Virus record (IMG/VR): IMGVR_UViG_3300021091_000001
Coordinates: 96,001 to 160,000 of that record
Length of the DNA: 64,000 nt
Direction: 5' to 3' (one strand)
DNA from: a virus
Taxonomy: Duplodnaviria > Caudoviricetes
Position numbers and translations under genes: made by a program. Of this stretch, positions 17,391 through 26,614 are shown one piece after another (positions within the stretch are counted from its first letter, which is position 1; each line of letters begins with the position of its first letter). The notes beneath the pieces were generated by a model that was given only the letters and a program-made list of their open reading frames with translations, did not search any database and was not told the DNA's origin.

Positions 17391-18853
17391 TAAATAACCG
17401 ACATACTTTCTATAGTTGAATCAAAGTCAGACCCTTTCTCATAGTCCTTCTCTGTTATTGCTTCGTATTCTTCATATGTTTTTCGTTCGTCAACATATCT
17501 AACGAGTGGAGAATCATAAACAAATGTCGATCCAGTAATTCTATTCTTTGGAATTTGAAGCTGCATGACATTATCATCTTCTGAATCGTCCCCACTTACA
17601 AGCTTCTTTTCTGTAATGAAAATAGTAACTGCACACTTTTGTTGAATAGCAAGAGATCCACCAGTATCAGACTGCTGCACTACCTCTCTCTTTTCTTTCA
17701 TTCTGTTAGAGTTTTCTTGAGCTGTAATTATTAAAACGCAATTCATATCTCTGGCTAGCTTTTCAAGCCTAACCATCATTTCTTCGAATTCTCCCCAGCG
17801 AGGCTTACTTTTGCCACCTCTTGTAAACATTGACTGAATCGTATCAATAACAACTACATCTGGGAGTCTCTTGGTGTCACCAGTGATATCGCGGAGCCAT
17901 CTTTCTAGGTCCTCAAAATATGGAGTCTCTGGATCATGTCTGACCATGAATCTATCACCCCATTCATCTAACTTATCCCTAAACTTTTGTAGGTTATCTT
18001 TTTTTTCCTGCATAGTCCATTTGCCTGATTCAGCATAAACATTCTTGCCAATAATTTGTGTCATCAAAACTCTTTCCCAATGAGATAAAGCTTCTTCAAA
18101 GTTCACATAAAGAACCTTATAACCCTTATCCGCCCAATTGTTTATAAGACACTTAGCAAATGTGCTTTTACCTTTTCCTGATGGTGCAATAATTGCATGG
18201 ACAGCGCCTTTAAAAAAGCCACCTTCATCCGTATAGCCCATCGCTCTGTTTAGGGATTTGTATTGAGTCGGCAAAAAGTCTGGTATCTCTAATAGATCTT
18301 CAGCTCTTTTGGCAATATCTTTTGCTGTAGTTACACTATCTAGCGGATTATAGTTTAAATCATTCTCTAAATCTTTAATGTCAGATGTTATCTGAGCTAT
18401 ACGAGCTATATCTTTTTGTGACTTTTCACCCTTTTGTGTGATAAGTATTTGAAGCTCTTGTAAAGAATCTAATTGCTTTCTTTTATTTGCTTTATGCTTA
18501 ACAATTTTTGTAATTGATTCAGGAGTTGACATGTCAATAGACATCAATATCTCCATCATCATATCAACTCCAGAAACACCACCAAGACCAATATATATAT
18601 CTGTTTCTGACTCTAACCATACTTTAAAAGCTATTGGATCTACAATTGGTATCTTTGTAGTATGATAATAAGAGAGAAGAGCTTTGTAAAATTCATTAAT
18701 ACCAGTTTGACCATGTATTGATCCTACTATATCTTCTGGAAGAAAAGCATCGAAGTATGCTATAGCCTCATGTTCTCTAAAGCACAGTGCGAATATTTGA
18801 TACTCCACTGGAAACTCTTTTTTTATAGATATGACTTCCTCATCTTGAGTCAT
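17390..18853 (-). CDS. DnaB-like replicative helicase
   Basis: Walker A APSGKGKST, YVNFEE, Walker B VVVIDTIQ, ITAQEN, KNR. Confidence 0.85.
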   Translation of the reverse strand: MTQDEEVISIKKEFPVEYQIFALCFREHEAIAYFDAFLPEDIVGSIHGQTGINEFYKALLSYYHTTKIPIVDPIAFKVWLESETDIYIGLGGVSGVDMMMEILMSIDMSTPESITKIVKHKANKRKQLDSLQELQILITQKGEKSQKDIARIAQITSDIKDLENDLNYNPLDSVTTAKDIAKRAEDLLEIPDFLPTQYKSLNRAMGYTDEGGFFKGAVHAIIAPSGKGKSTFAKCLINNWADKGYKVLYVNFEEALSHWERVLMTQIIGKNVYAESGKWTMQEKKDNLQKFRDKLDEWGDRFMVRHDPETPYFEDLERWLRDITGDTKRLPDVVVIDTIQSMFTRGGKSKPRWGEFEEMMVRLEKLARDMNCVLIITAQENSNRMKEKREVVQQSDTGGSLAIQQKCAVTIFITEKKLVSGDDSEDDNVMQLQIPKNRITGSTFVYDSPLVRYVDERKTYEEYEAITEKDYEKGSDFDSTIESMSVI

Positions 18854-19484
18854 TTTTTCTTTTTTCTTTCATCTTCTTGTAGTAAGATTTTCTGTTCTCT
18901 GAATTTCTTTTCTTTGCTTGAACATAAGCTGGATTATTCTTAATGCTTTTTTTTGCAACAGTCTTTGGTACATATTTACTATTTCTAATAGCAAATAACA
19001 TTCTATCATACACAGAGTCTTCTGTTAGTTGATCATTATATCTAAATATAACTAGAGTTATACCAGCTTCTTTGCATAGCTGAATTTTCTTTTCATCTCT
19101 TTCTTGAGCTTTTTCAAACTCATATCTAGAATCAAAAAATCTCTGCGTATAAAAGAAATGCTGTCTTCCGTGATACTCAGCTGCAAGTTTATACTTAGGA
19201 CAGTAAACGTCTAGCTTGAGTCTCTCACCAATGTGATGTTCATTAACAATGGCTTCTCCTGGAAAAAGTTTTTTCATTACCAATGTCAGAGCTGTTTGAC
19301 CTCTAGACATTTTTTTATGTCGTTCTTTAATCCAGGATAAACCAAGTTGATTTATTCTTTTATTTAGCTTGTTTATAGATATAGAAAGTTCTTTTGCTAT
19401 ATCTGATAGAGACAAATTACTCTCAAACAAAAGGTCTGTGAGAAATTCGTCATCATCCTGATGATCTTCCCACTTATTGCTCAT
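18840..19484 (-). CDS. HTH plus Vsr/DUF559-like endonuclease
   Basis: LSLSDIAKELSISINKL HTH; SRGQ, LKLDVYCP...AAEYHGRQHF, ERDEKK. Confidence 0.65.
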   Translation of the reverse strand: MSNKWEDHQDDDEFLTDLLFESNLSLSDIAKELSISINKLNKRINQLGLSWIKERHKKMSRGQTALTLVMKKLFPGEAIVNEHHIGERLKLDVYCPKYKLAAEYHGRQHFFYTQRFFDSRYEFEKAQERDEKKIQLCKEAGITLVIFRYNDQLTEDSVYDRMLFAIRNSKYVPKTVAKKSIKNNPAYVQAKKRNSENRKSYYKKMKEKRKNDSR

Positions 19485-19487
19485 GGC

Positions 19488-20138
19488 TTACCTATTGATT
19501 CTATCAATAGACCTAGCTACTGTCAGTGTCTTTCCAAGATCTAAAATTGATAAATCTGTTTTTTCCCATATCTTTGGTGCTAAAGCAGAACTTAACATTG
19601 GACAATCTAAAACTATAGTTTTGTATTCGTTATCAAATTCAGATATCTGAGCCATAACAGAATCAAGCTTATCATAAAAATCATTATATGGAACTTGAAT
19701 GAAAGCAGAATCTTTTGAGAAGAATTTTCCTATATTTGATTTGTGCTGAAAAGATATGACAAGAACTTTATTATATTTAAAGTAATAATTCATAAATGTT
19801 TTGAACGTATCATAGTTCTTATTAATATAATTCTCTAAGAATGTAGAATCATAGAAATCCTTATTCAGAGCACCTATCTTTCCAAGTTTGTTCTCTTGAG
19901 ATTGAACAAAATCTATCTGAGCAGCTGCTAAATAGTTTGAGTCAGCTAGTGTCAAACCTCTAAGCGTCGATTGAACAAACTGCTTTGGTGGTTTCTTTTC
20001 GCCTTTGATATCTCCAAGCATAGAGAAGAAAGCAGATCTTGTATAAGTAACAAAAGCAAATCTTTTTCTACTCTCAAGCATCTCTGTGACTTTAATAAGT
20101 GTTTCTTTTTCTGTATACGTTTTCACTTTAGATTCCAA
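19488..20138 (-). CDS. Possible GT-D-fold glycosyltransferase-like protein
   Basis: C-terminus FIQVPYNDFY...IVLDCPMLSSALAPKIW...ILDLGKTL resembles the GT-D pattern; next to a GT2 gene. Confidence 0.4.
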   Translation of the reverse strand: MESKVKTYTEKETLIKVTEMLESRKRFAFVTYTRSAFFSMLGDIKGEKKPPKQFVQSTLRGLTLADSNYLAAAQIDFVQSQENKLGKIGALNKDFYDSTFLENYINKNYDTFKTFMNYYFKYNKVLVISFQHKSNIGKFFSKDSAFIQVPYNDFYDKLDSVMAQISEFDNEYKTIVLDCPMLSSALAPKIWEKTDLSILDLGKTLTVARSIDRINR

Positions 20139-20821
20139 TTTAGTAGTACGGGATTAAGATCGATTATAGATTCAATATGCTGGATATTGTGGAATTCACC
20201 TCTGTCTATCGCCATGTATCTATCATACTTCATTTGCTTGTCATCGTCATATACATAGCCCAAATGCTGCATTGCGAGACCAGAATGAACCCAATAGTTT
20301 CTTTGTCCAACCCAATTTACAACATAAGTTGGTTCAGATCCACAAGCTAACTTTCTATCAAAAAATGCTCCACCAGTTTGATATCTAAAAATTCTTGAGC
20401 TGTTGTTAGGAGTCCAAAGCTTATCTACTCTGTATTGTTTTTCGTTCCACATATGATAAAAGCGAACATTAACAACATCATATGGAGATGACTTTAAAAC
20501 TTCTTTGATCTCCAAACCATCTTCATGGTATAGTTTTTCATCACAGTCAATTGCGATAATCCAATCGCCATCTTTTGCAAACTTTTCTAAGTTATGCCAA
20601 GCTTTAGCTCTGAGATTACCTTCATGCTGCCTAAACAAGGACTCCTCATTTGTGAAGACCTCTGCATACTTAGCGGCTATTTGTGGAGTATTATCATCAG
20701 AACAATCATCTGTAAATATAATTTTGTCGACCTGTGTCGACAGTCTTTCTAGTACTTCTTCCAAAAATCTATTGGCTTCATTTTTGCCAACCATTTGTGC
20801 AATAATCATATTATGTCCCAA
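20123..20821 (-). CDS. Family 2 glycosyltransferase
   Basis: IIFTDDCSDDNT, WIIAIDCDE, HLGY. Confidence 0.8.
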   Translation of the reverse strand: MGHNMIIAQMVGKNEANRFLEEVLERLSTQVDKIIFTDDCSDDNTPQIAAKYAEVFTNEESLFRQHEGNLRAKAWHNLEKFAKDGDWIIAIDCDEKLYHEDGLEIKEVLKSSPYDVVNVRFYHMWNEKQYRVDKLWTPNNSSRIFRYQTGGAFFDRKLACGSEPTYVVNWVGQRNYWVHSGLAMQHLGYVYDDDKQMKYDRYMAIDRGEFHNIQHIESIIDLNPVLLNWNLK

Positions 20822-20860
20822 AAACTAAACTGGGGGACCACCAGTAGAGTGATCCCCCAG
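20821..20860 (-). terminator. Intrinsic terminator
   Basis: 12-bp stem CTGGGGGATCAC / GTGGTCCCCCAG followed by TTTAGTTTT on the minus strand. Confidence 0.75.
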
Positions 20861-20881
20861 AACTTATGTTGTAGTCAGCTA

Positions 20882-21073
20882 TCAGGCTGAGAGCTCTTCG
20901 ATCTGCTCACGAGCTTCCACAGAAGAAATGCGCTCAACATCAGTAGACATGAACAGAAGCTCACCAGAAACACCACGACGACCCATGGCAACTTTCTGTG
21001 CGTCTGTCTTGCTGTTTGCCTTCACCAATGTAGTCGAAGTGACTGCAAAATACTTGAACTTATTATCTGACAT
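20882..21073 (-). CDS. Small hypothetical protein
   Basis: 63 aa with AAGGA RBS, followed by a terminator. Confidence 0.65.
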   Translation of the reverse strand: MSDNKFKYFAVTSTTLVKANSKTDAQKVAMGRRGVSGELLFMSTDVERISSVEAREQIEELSA

Positions 21074-21089
21074 TTTATGTTTTTCCTTT

Positions 21090-21503
21090 TTATTTAGTTG
21101 GATAATGGATTGCGATATATTCTATCGCATCTTGCAGGGTATCTGCAAGTTTTGTTGCCATATATTTCATGTACACTCTATCCTTATAGGATGGTGCACA
21201 AAACACTACTGTTGGTTGGCCATGGATCTTAGCCCATGCCATCTCAAAGTCAGTGCCTATATATGCGCGATCTTTTATCATATATTCTACCAAAACAATA
21301 TCTGATCTTTGTTGCATGAATATATTTTTTCTTGCAATCTCTTCTGGAGACATCGTTTTGTCCTCTGGAATAGAGGTAGGATCATATACTGAATAACCAC
21401 GCTGCGTCAACATAAACGTAGCTTCTTTTCTCCAGGTTATAGCATAATCACCGACGTAGTCCATAGCGCCGGACAAAAAAACTGTTAAGCTCATACAGGC
21501 CAA
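21090..21503 (-). CDS. Nucleoside 2-deoxyribosyltransferase-like (NDT/Rcl-like) protein
   Basis: VFLSGAM...WRK...VYDP...SDIVLV...IGTDFEMAWA. Confidence 0.7.
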   Translation of the reverse strand: MACMSLTVFLSGAMDYVGDYAITWRKEATFMLTQRGYSVYDPTSIPEDKTMSPEEIARKNIFMQQRSDIVLVEYMIKDRAYIGTDFEMAWAKIHGQPTVVFCAPSYKDRVYMKYMATKLADTLQDAIEYIAIHYPTK

Positions 21504-21895
21504 TAATACTCTAGATCTGACGGTTCGTCAAAGTATTGCGAATAGTATTGGTAATCTTTTCTCAAAAGATTTGACCTATGAGATCTATGCAGTTCCTCAT
21601 TGCCAAACCATGAAGGAAGAGTTATGTGTTTATAATCTATTTCTTCCATCTGCATTGTATTTTTATATCCTCTTTTAGCCCATTCTTCAATGGTAAAATT
21701 CTGATACAACTTAAGAGCTTCTTCATATCCAGTCCACATACGTGTTACTGGGTGATTTCGCCAACCTTTTGTAGAAGTTCTATCTAATAGAATGTTGAGA
21801 ATTTGGTACGTCTCTACGCGTTGTTTGCCCAACCGACGATAGTCAAGTATTCTTACAGATTGCAAAAGATCTGGATAAGGCAAAAAGGTTTGCAT
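21491..21895 (-). CDS. Pyrimidine-dimer DNA glycosylase-like protein (MSMEG_6728 family)
   Basis: MQTFLPY...LDYRRLGKQRVE...WRNHP...LHRSHRSNLLRKD...YYWP. Confidence 0.8.
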   Translation of the reverse strand: MQTFLPYPDLLQSVRILDYRRLGKQRVETYQILNILLDRTSTKGWRNHPVTRMWTGYEEALKLYQNFTIEEWAKRGYKNTMQMEEIDYKHITLPSWFGNEELHRSHRSNLLRKDYQYYSQYFDEPSDLEYYWPV

Positions 21896-21900
21896 AATCT

Positions 21901-22293
21901 TTACTTCTTAAATTCTGTCCATGTTTTGTCACCAACACCATAATACTCTCTGGCAAGTCCAGATGCAACTATATCATTATTCAGACACTGACCTTCTGCA
22001 TTCCAAACTCTAGCAAGAACTCTACCATACTTTTCATTCTTGTCAAGAATAGTCTCTATTTTTACTTTATGGCCAGCTTTAGCTAACCATTGATCTGTAA
22101 ATTCTTTTGCAGCTAAGCCCTTTTGTTTTTCTTCTAGATTTGTTGTACGACTCTCTGGAGTATTAACGCCATAAAGTCTTACTCGCCCCTTACGAAGGGT
22201 ATCAAAACCAAGGTCAATAACGATATCAAAGGTATCACCATCAACAACTTTTTTGACTTCTGCCTTGTAATAATAAACATTTTTATCTTGCAT
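21901..22293 (-). CDS. Thermonuclease (SNase) family nuclease
   Basis: VVDGDTF, RVRLYGVNTPE, KYGRVLA, LVASGLA; start moved to MQDKN. Confidence 0.85.
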   Translation of the reverse strand: MQDKNVYYYKAEVKKVVDGDTFDIVIDLGFDTLRKGRVRLYGVNTPESRTTNLEEKQKGLAAKEFTDQWLAKAGHKVKIETILDKNEKYGRVLARVWNAEGQCLNNDIVASGLAREYYGVGDKTWTEFKK

Positions 22294-22445
22294 TTTGTAT
22301 TCCTTTATAGTTTTTAAATTGCTAAATATCATAGCATATAATTCATTTAAACTTTGTACAGATTTATTCAATAATCATCTGGCAGTAGAAAAAGTTAATT
22401 ATGATTACAGTAATGCATCTATAGAAATTTATAAACCAAGTATTT

Positions 22446-23375
22446 TTAATATTTAATTCCATACACATTAGACGTATTAAAATCTATCTTTGATCTATTT
22501 AAATAGTCTTGATATGCCTCAGCGTCTGGGGCTCCATAAAAGCCAAATTTTTTTCCGTATATATACTCTGTCATACCAACTTTGTCTTTGTCCAATTCCT
22601 CAAAGTAAAATTTTCTATCATCTTTGTATGTATCTTTTGAGAAACCATTAATTTCCTGTTTTGTTAATGTTGATATCATAGATGTTTCTGAACTAAAAAA
22701 TCTATAACCCCTTGTACAGGCTCTTAAAGCTGTAAATTCTTGTTCTGGATTAAATATAATAAAAGGATTGTATGATATATCATATATAAAATTAGAAAGA
22801 GTAAAAAGACCACTACAACCCAAGCTTAAATGATGCTCTAAAAATTTACCAAGAAATTTCTCTTCATTTATTCTACTTTTATCTGGACAGGTTATTGGTT
22901 GACCTTTTTGAGGAAAAAATGGAAACGCATCCACTCCATTAAAATTCTTAATGTATTCTTTATGCTCATCATAATACACAGAAACATCATGCCAGGCACA
23001 GGTTTGTGAAATAGCAGGTTTTTTAATATGTTTTAGCAATAAATTTAAATCTTTTTTAAGAACAGAGTCCCAATTTTTAGCAAAAATAGTATGAGCGTCT
23101 ATTTGTAAAAAATATTTTTCATCATCATGGAGAGATGACGCTATCAACCTAGCCATAGCGACGCCTAATGGCTTATCATATTGCGCGTTCACACATCGAA
23201 CGTTTTTGTATTGACTAAAATCTTCAAAAGATTTTGAATTTGTTTTTTGATTAAAAATACCAAAATGAATACTTTCAGGTTTGTCAGCTTTTTCAAAAGC
23301 GTCTTCTACTGTAATATGAGTAAAATATTCATTAAAAGCTGGAATTGCTATGAAGATTTTTTCATTTTTCCACAC
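22446..23375 (-). CDS. GlcNAc-transferase-like glycosyltransferase (GT60/Gnt1-like)
   Basis: KIFIAIPAFNE, SIHFGIFNQ, GVAMAR, YFLQIDAHTIFAKNWD, EQEFTALRACTRGY. Confidence 0.65.
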   Translation of the reverse strand: MWKNEKIFIAIPAFNEYFTHITVEDAFEKADKPESIHFGIFNQKTNSKSFEDFSQYKNVRCVNAQYDKPLGVAMARLIASSLHDDEKYFLQIDAHTIFAKNWDSVLKKDLNLLLKHIKKPAISQTCAWHDVSVYYDEHKEYIKNFNGVDAFPFFPQKGQPITCPDKSRINEEKFLGKFLEHHLSLGCSGLFTLSNFIYDISYNPFIIFNPEQEFTALRACTRGYRFFSSETSMISTLTKQEINGFSKDTYKDDRKFYFEELDKDKVGMTEYIYGKKFGFYGAPDAEAYQDYLNRSKIDFNTSNVYGIKY

Positions 23376-23376
23376 T

Positions 23377-24201
23377 TTAGTCTCTTTCTATACCTATGTA
23401 ATCACAAGCTTTTCTAAAAATTTCCCTACTTATTGGAAACTGCGCATCAGCGTGACTATAACCCTGTCCTGGCTTAGGAGATGATGCATGCCAACTGTGT
23501 CCTATAGATACAGATCCATCATAGACTACATTATAACCTAGATGTCTAGCAAAATAAGAACACCAGGTTTCCTCATAATAGTGAGGAGTAGGAAGAAATG
23601 CTCCTATTGCATTTGGATACATCTCTTTGTATTTTGGATGATTTGTTAACTCATTCCATACTTCTCTACGTACAAAATAAGCGGAGCCTGAAACAGTTAC
23701 ACATTCTACCCTATCCCTATAGAGTAAATCTTCAGTATCTAGTTCATTCCATCCCCTATGCTTTGGCGCTGTGTTGGTTCCCACTATTCCCGCATGGCGT
23801 ATTGCTCCATTCTCATCACGTTGTTTTGGTCCAAGTATATGTATATCTGGATTGTCATCAAATATCTTTTGAATTTTCTCAACGTCGCTGGTAGTCATCC
23901 ATACATCTGCATTTAAAAGTCCTATAATTTCACCATAGGAAAACTTAACCATTTGATTGCACGCTGCTGAATAGCCTATATTTTCATTTTTCCAAGCAGC
24001 TGAAATCATATATCTTTTATTCTTTACAGATTCTTTTTCTAGCCACTCCCATGAACCGTCAGTAGAGCCATTGTCTGACACAAAAAGATTCCATACATTT
24101 CTGAGCGCGCCACTTGAATAATGAACATCGCCATGTAAGGTATCCAATAATCTATTCAGCTCTTTTCTTGAGTTGTAATTTACAACGCATAGATCAATCA
24201 T
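23377..24201 (-). CDS. Family 2 glycosyltransferase
   Basis: IDLCVVNYNS, VSDNGSTDGS, NIGYSAACN, LLNADV, YYEETW. Confidence 0.85.
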   Translation of the reverse strand: MIDLCVVNYNSRKELNRLLDTLHGDVHYSSGALRNVWNLFVSDNGSTDGSWEWLEKESVKNKRYMISAAWKNENIGYSAACNQMVKFSYGEIIGLLNADVWMTTSDVEKIQKIFDDNPDIHILGPKQRDENGAIRHAGIVGTNTAPKHRGWNELDTEDLLYRDRVECVTVSGSAYFVRREVWNELTNHPKYKEMYPNAIGAFLPTPHYYEETWCSYFARHLGYNVVYDGSVSIGHSWHASSPKPGQGYSHADAQFPISREIFRKACDYIGIERD

Positions 24202-24479
24202 TCAATTCCCAAACTGTAAGTATTATCATAATTCATTGAAACAACTATGTTAAAGGCATCTTCTAAATCTGTTCCTTTTTGAATCAAATAAATAAAATGC
24301 TCTTTTGCTTGCTGAGTATTGTTCATGCAAAATTCCTGTAATCTATTTATGTATTGAATCCAAGTAATTGTATCTTGTGTTTTTTTTATTGTTTTTGAAT
24401 TAAAAATATTGTTGCCAATTATATACCCAATTGCTCCACATCCAATTATTGTAAGAATATATTTACCATTCTTCTTCAT
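24198..24479 (-). CDS. Hypothetical protein with an N-terminal hydrophobic helix
   Basis: ILTIIGCGAIGYIIG. Confidence 0.55.
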   Translation of the reverse strand: MKKNGKYILTIIGCGAIGYIIGNNIFNSKTIKKTQDTITWIQYINRLQEFCMNNTQQAKEHFIYLIQKGTDLEDAFNIVVSMNYDNTYSLGIE

Positions 24480-24699
24480 AAGATTCCCCTACACTGAAAT
24501 AAGTATCAGTTATCCAATTTCTAATATCTTGTGCTACTTCTAGCCAATCTTCTTTTTCTCTAGCATCGTCGCAAGACTCTGCCATGTATTCATAGATTGA
24601 TATAATATGTTCTAGTCTTTCCAGACTAGCGACATAAACTGCCTGACCAGCATTTACTTTGACTGTTATTTTCTTTTTTGTATTCTGCTTTTTACTCAT
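24463..24699 (-). CDS. Hypothetical protein
   Basis: 78-aa ORF in operon context. Confidence 0.6.
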   Translation of the reverse strand: MSKKQNTKKKITVKVNAGQAVYVASLERLEHIISIYEYMAESCDDAREKEDWLEVAQDIRNWITDTYFSVGESYEEEW

Positions 24700-24928
24700 C
24701 GCTTTGCTTCTTTGTTTTTATTTCTGCATTCATTATTTCTTCTTTTGGCACCTCGTAAACACATAAGCTATTTTTTTCTGGCTCAAATGTAACGAAGAGA
24801 ATCTTCTTTTGGTCCAGGCTATATCCATCGGGAGGAGCAGATTCTAGAGCAATCTTTTTGGAAGCGCAACCAAAAACCTGACTCAATCCCTTATATACAA
24901 CTACATAATTTAATTTGCCTGCTGCCAT
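24692..24928 (-). CDS. Hypothetical protein
   Basis: 78-aa ORF in operon context. Confidence 0.6.
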   Translation of the reverse strand: MAAGKLNYVVVYKGLSQVFGCASKKIALESAPPDGYSLDQKKILFVTFEPEKNSLCVYEVPKEEIMNAEIKTKKQSDE

Positions 24929-25392
24929 ATATCTACCTTCACTGTCTCAACATTGGCTTTATTTAAAAAGCTTTGTACTTCATTCCAATTGTCATATGAA
25001 TAAGATTGATCGTCTAAGTAGAATACTTTTTCTACTGTGGAATTTGCTATCAACTTAGCACAAGTAAAACATGGTGGTCCATTTACATATAATTTAAGTG
25101 GCTTAAGACTATAATCACAATGTAAAAGAGCATTCTGTTCTGCGTGAATAGATATACAATTATCGTATGATGATCCTGGAGAAGAGTTTTCTAGATATCT
25201 AGGACATCCACCGTCTTCACAGTGATCAAATCCACTAGGACCGCCATTGTATCCCATGCCAACAACATGATTTTTAGAATCAATTAATACTGCAGCATAC
25301 TTTCTTTTTGCACATGTAGAAAATAAATCAGCTGCATATTTGCAAAGCTGCATATATTTTATATCTTTTTTAGAATATCTATGTTGTAACAT
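24910..25392 (-). CDS. dCMP deaminase
   Basis: GMGYNG, IHAEQNALL, PPCFTCAKLI zinc-deaminase motifs. Confidence 0.88.
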   Translation of the reverse strand: MLQHRYSKKDIKYMQLCKYAADLFSTCAKRKYAAVLIDSKNHVVGMGYNGGPSGFDHCEDGGCPRYLENSSPGSSYDNCISIHAEQNALLHCDYSLKPLKLYVNGPPCFTCAKLIANSTVEKVFYLDDQSYSYDNWNEVQSFLNKANVETVKVDIWQQAN

Positions 25393-25543
25393 AAATTAAT
25401 GTTCCTAAAACCAAAGATGAAATAATAGAAAGACTATATGCTATTACTCTTACATTTCTATCTTTTTGTGTTTGAGCTAATAGATGTAGACTAATCATCC
25501 AGTTTAGGATTATAGTAAATAATATTATATATAATACCTGCAT
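25379..25543 (-). CDS. Small two-helix membrane protein (54 aa)
   Basis: Hand translation MQVLYIILFTIILNWMISLHLL...VIAYSLSIISSLVLGTLIYVTT; TAATG overlap with the thyX stop. Confidence 0.6.
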   Translation of the reverse strand: MQVLYIILFTIILNWMISLHLLAQTQKDRNVRVIAYSLSIISSLVLGTLIYVTT

Positions 25544-26247
25544 TATATTAAATTTTCCGGAAGTAAAGATTTAAATGATATTGGAAACAATGGTTCTACA
25601 AGGCTTCTAATTGCTGATGCATACTTTTGAATTTCAAACTGACTATCTTCAGCAAGTCTTTGAGACAGAAACAAAACAACAGATTGCAGCGAACAAGACC
25701 ATCTATAAACTACGTACATACAATAAGCTGGCAAGAATAAACGTGCTTGCTCTGGTGCAATTCCATGCTCTATTGCGGTGTTATAGAGGGCTTCGCCCTG
25801 TTCCGCGTATCTCTGTAGCTCAGTGCTTAGAATCGCTCCTACAAATGGGTCAGCTAAACCATGAGAACCTTGTTTTTTGTCCTCTGGGGCAAGTCTCCAC
25901 TCATCTGATAATGGAATATAAAACTCTGGGTCCATTGTAATGTATCTTCTAGATGATTCATTCCAAGAATCCATTGTATGATCAGAACCAACAACATATT
26001 TCCAATGTTGTCTAGCCACCATTAGAGGAGCCTTGAGTTCTAGTGTCACAAAAGCATGCCTAAATGGAGACATATGATTTTCTCTTGCCAAGAAATTCAC
26101 GAGTCTTGCGTCTGAGGTTGTCATTTCTTTTGATTCTTTTGCAAAAGATGCTCTTGCGGCATTGACAACAGAAAGATCACTCCCCATACTATCAATCAGT
26201 CTAACATAACCCTTGTCTAAAACATCTATCATTTTGTCATCTGACAT
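25543..26247 (-). CDS. thyX: Flavin-dependent thymidylate synthase
   Basis: NAARASF, HMSPFRH, VARQHWKY, WNESSRRY, ARLFLP, SQFEIQ. Confidence 0.9.
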   Translation of the reverse strand: MSDDKMIDVLDKGYVRLIDSMGSDLSVVNAARASFAKESKEMTTSDARLVNFLARENHMSPFRHAFVTLELKAPLMVARQHWKYVVGSDHTMDSWNESSRRYITMDPEFYIPLSDEWRLAPEDKKQGSHGLADPFVGAILSTELQRYAEQGEALYNTAIEHGIAPEQARLFLPAYCMYVVYRWSCSLQSVVLFLSQRLAEDSQFEIQKYASAIRSLVEPLFPISFKSLLPENLI

Positions 26248-26251
26248 ATTA

Positions 26252-26605
26252 TTAATCTTCATCCTGCTCGTCTTCATCTTCATCTACATACGTTATGTGT
26301 ATTTTATTTATTATATCACTATAGTCATTTAGATGCACGGTAAAATCTTCAGAAGCCTGATATAAAGAACCTATTAAATTTTCAAGTTCTTCAGATTTTT
26401 GTATCTCGTTTGTAGAGTAAGACTTATATATTAATGTGTTAATCAACACTATACAATCCATTAAAGATTCCTGTATAACAAGAAGGCTTTTTATATCAAG
26501 TATGGTTTCTGTTTCTTGTTCTTCTTTTAAGCCTTCAATTGAGTTCGAAGACATTATCTCAGAAAACATTCTATCTATATTTTCTTTATCATCGTGATTT
26601 GACAT
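26252..26605 (-). CDS. Acidic hypothetical protein
   Basis: 117-aa ORF in operon context. Confidence 0.6.
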   Translation of the reverse strand: MSNHDDKENIDRMFSEIMSSNSIEGLKEEQETETILDIKSLLVIQESLMDCIVLINTLIYKSYSTNEIQKSEELENLIGSLYQASEDFTVHLNDYSDIINKIHITYVDEDEDEQDED

Positions 26606-26614
26606 TTTTCTCCA

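Noticed and set aside
20821-20880. tRNA or other structured RNA
   Set aside because: Only a single stem-loop with a U-rich tail; no cloverleaf or T-loop consensus, so it is best read as a terminator.
25500-25545. Possible ninth frameshift and a fourth TTACTATA promoter copy after thyX
   Set aside because: On re-reading, ATG CAG GTA TTA TAT... is in frame, and the motif is simply the codons for F-T-I inside a 54-aa membrane protein.
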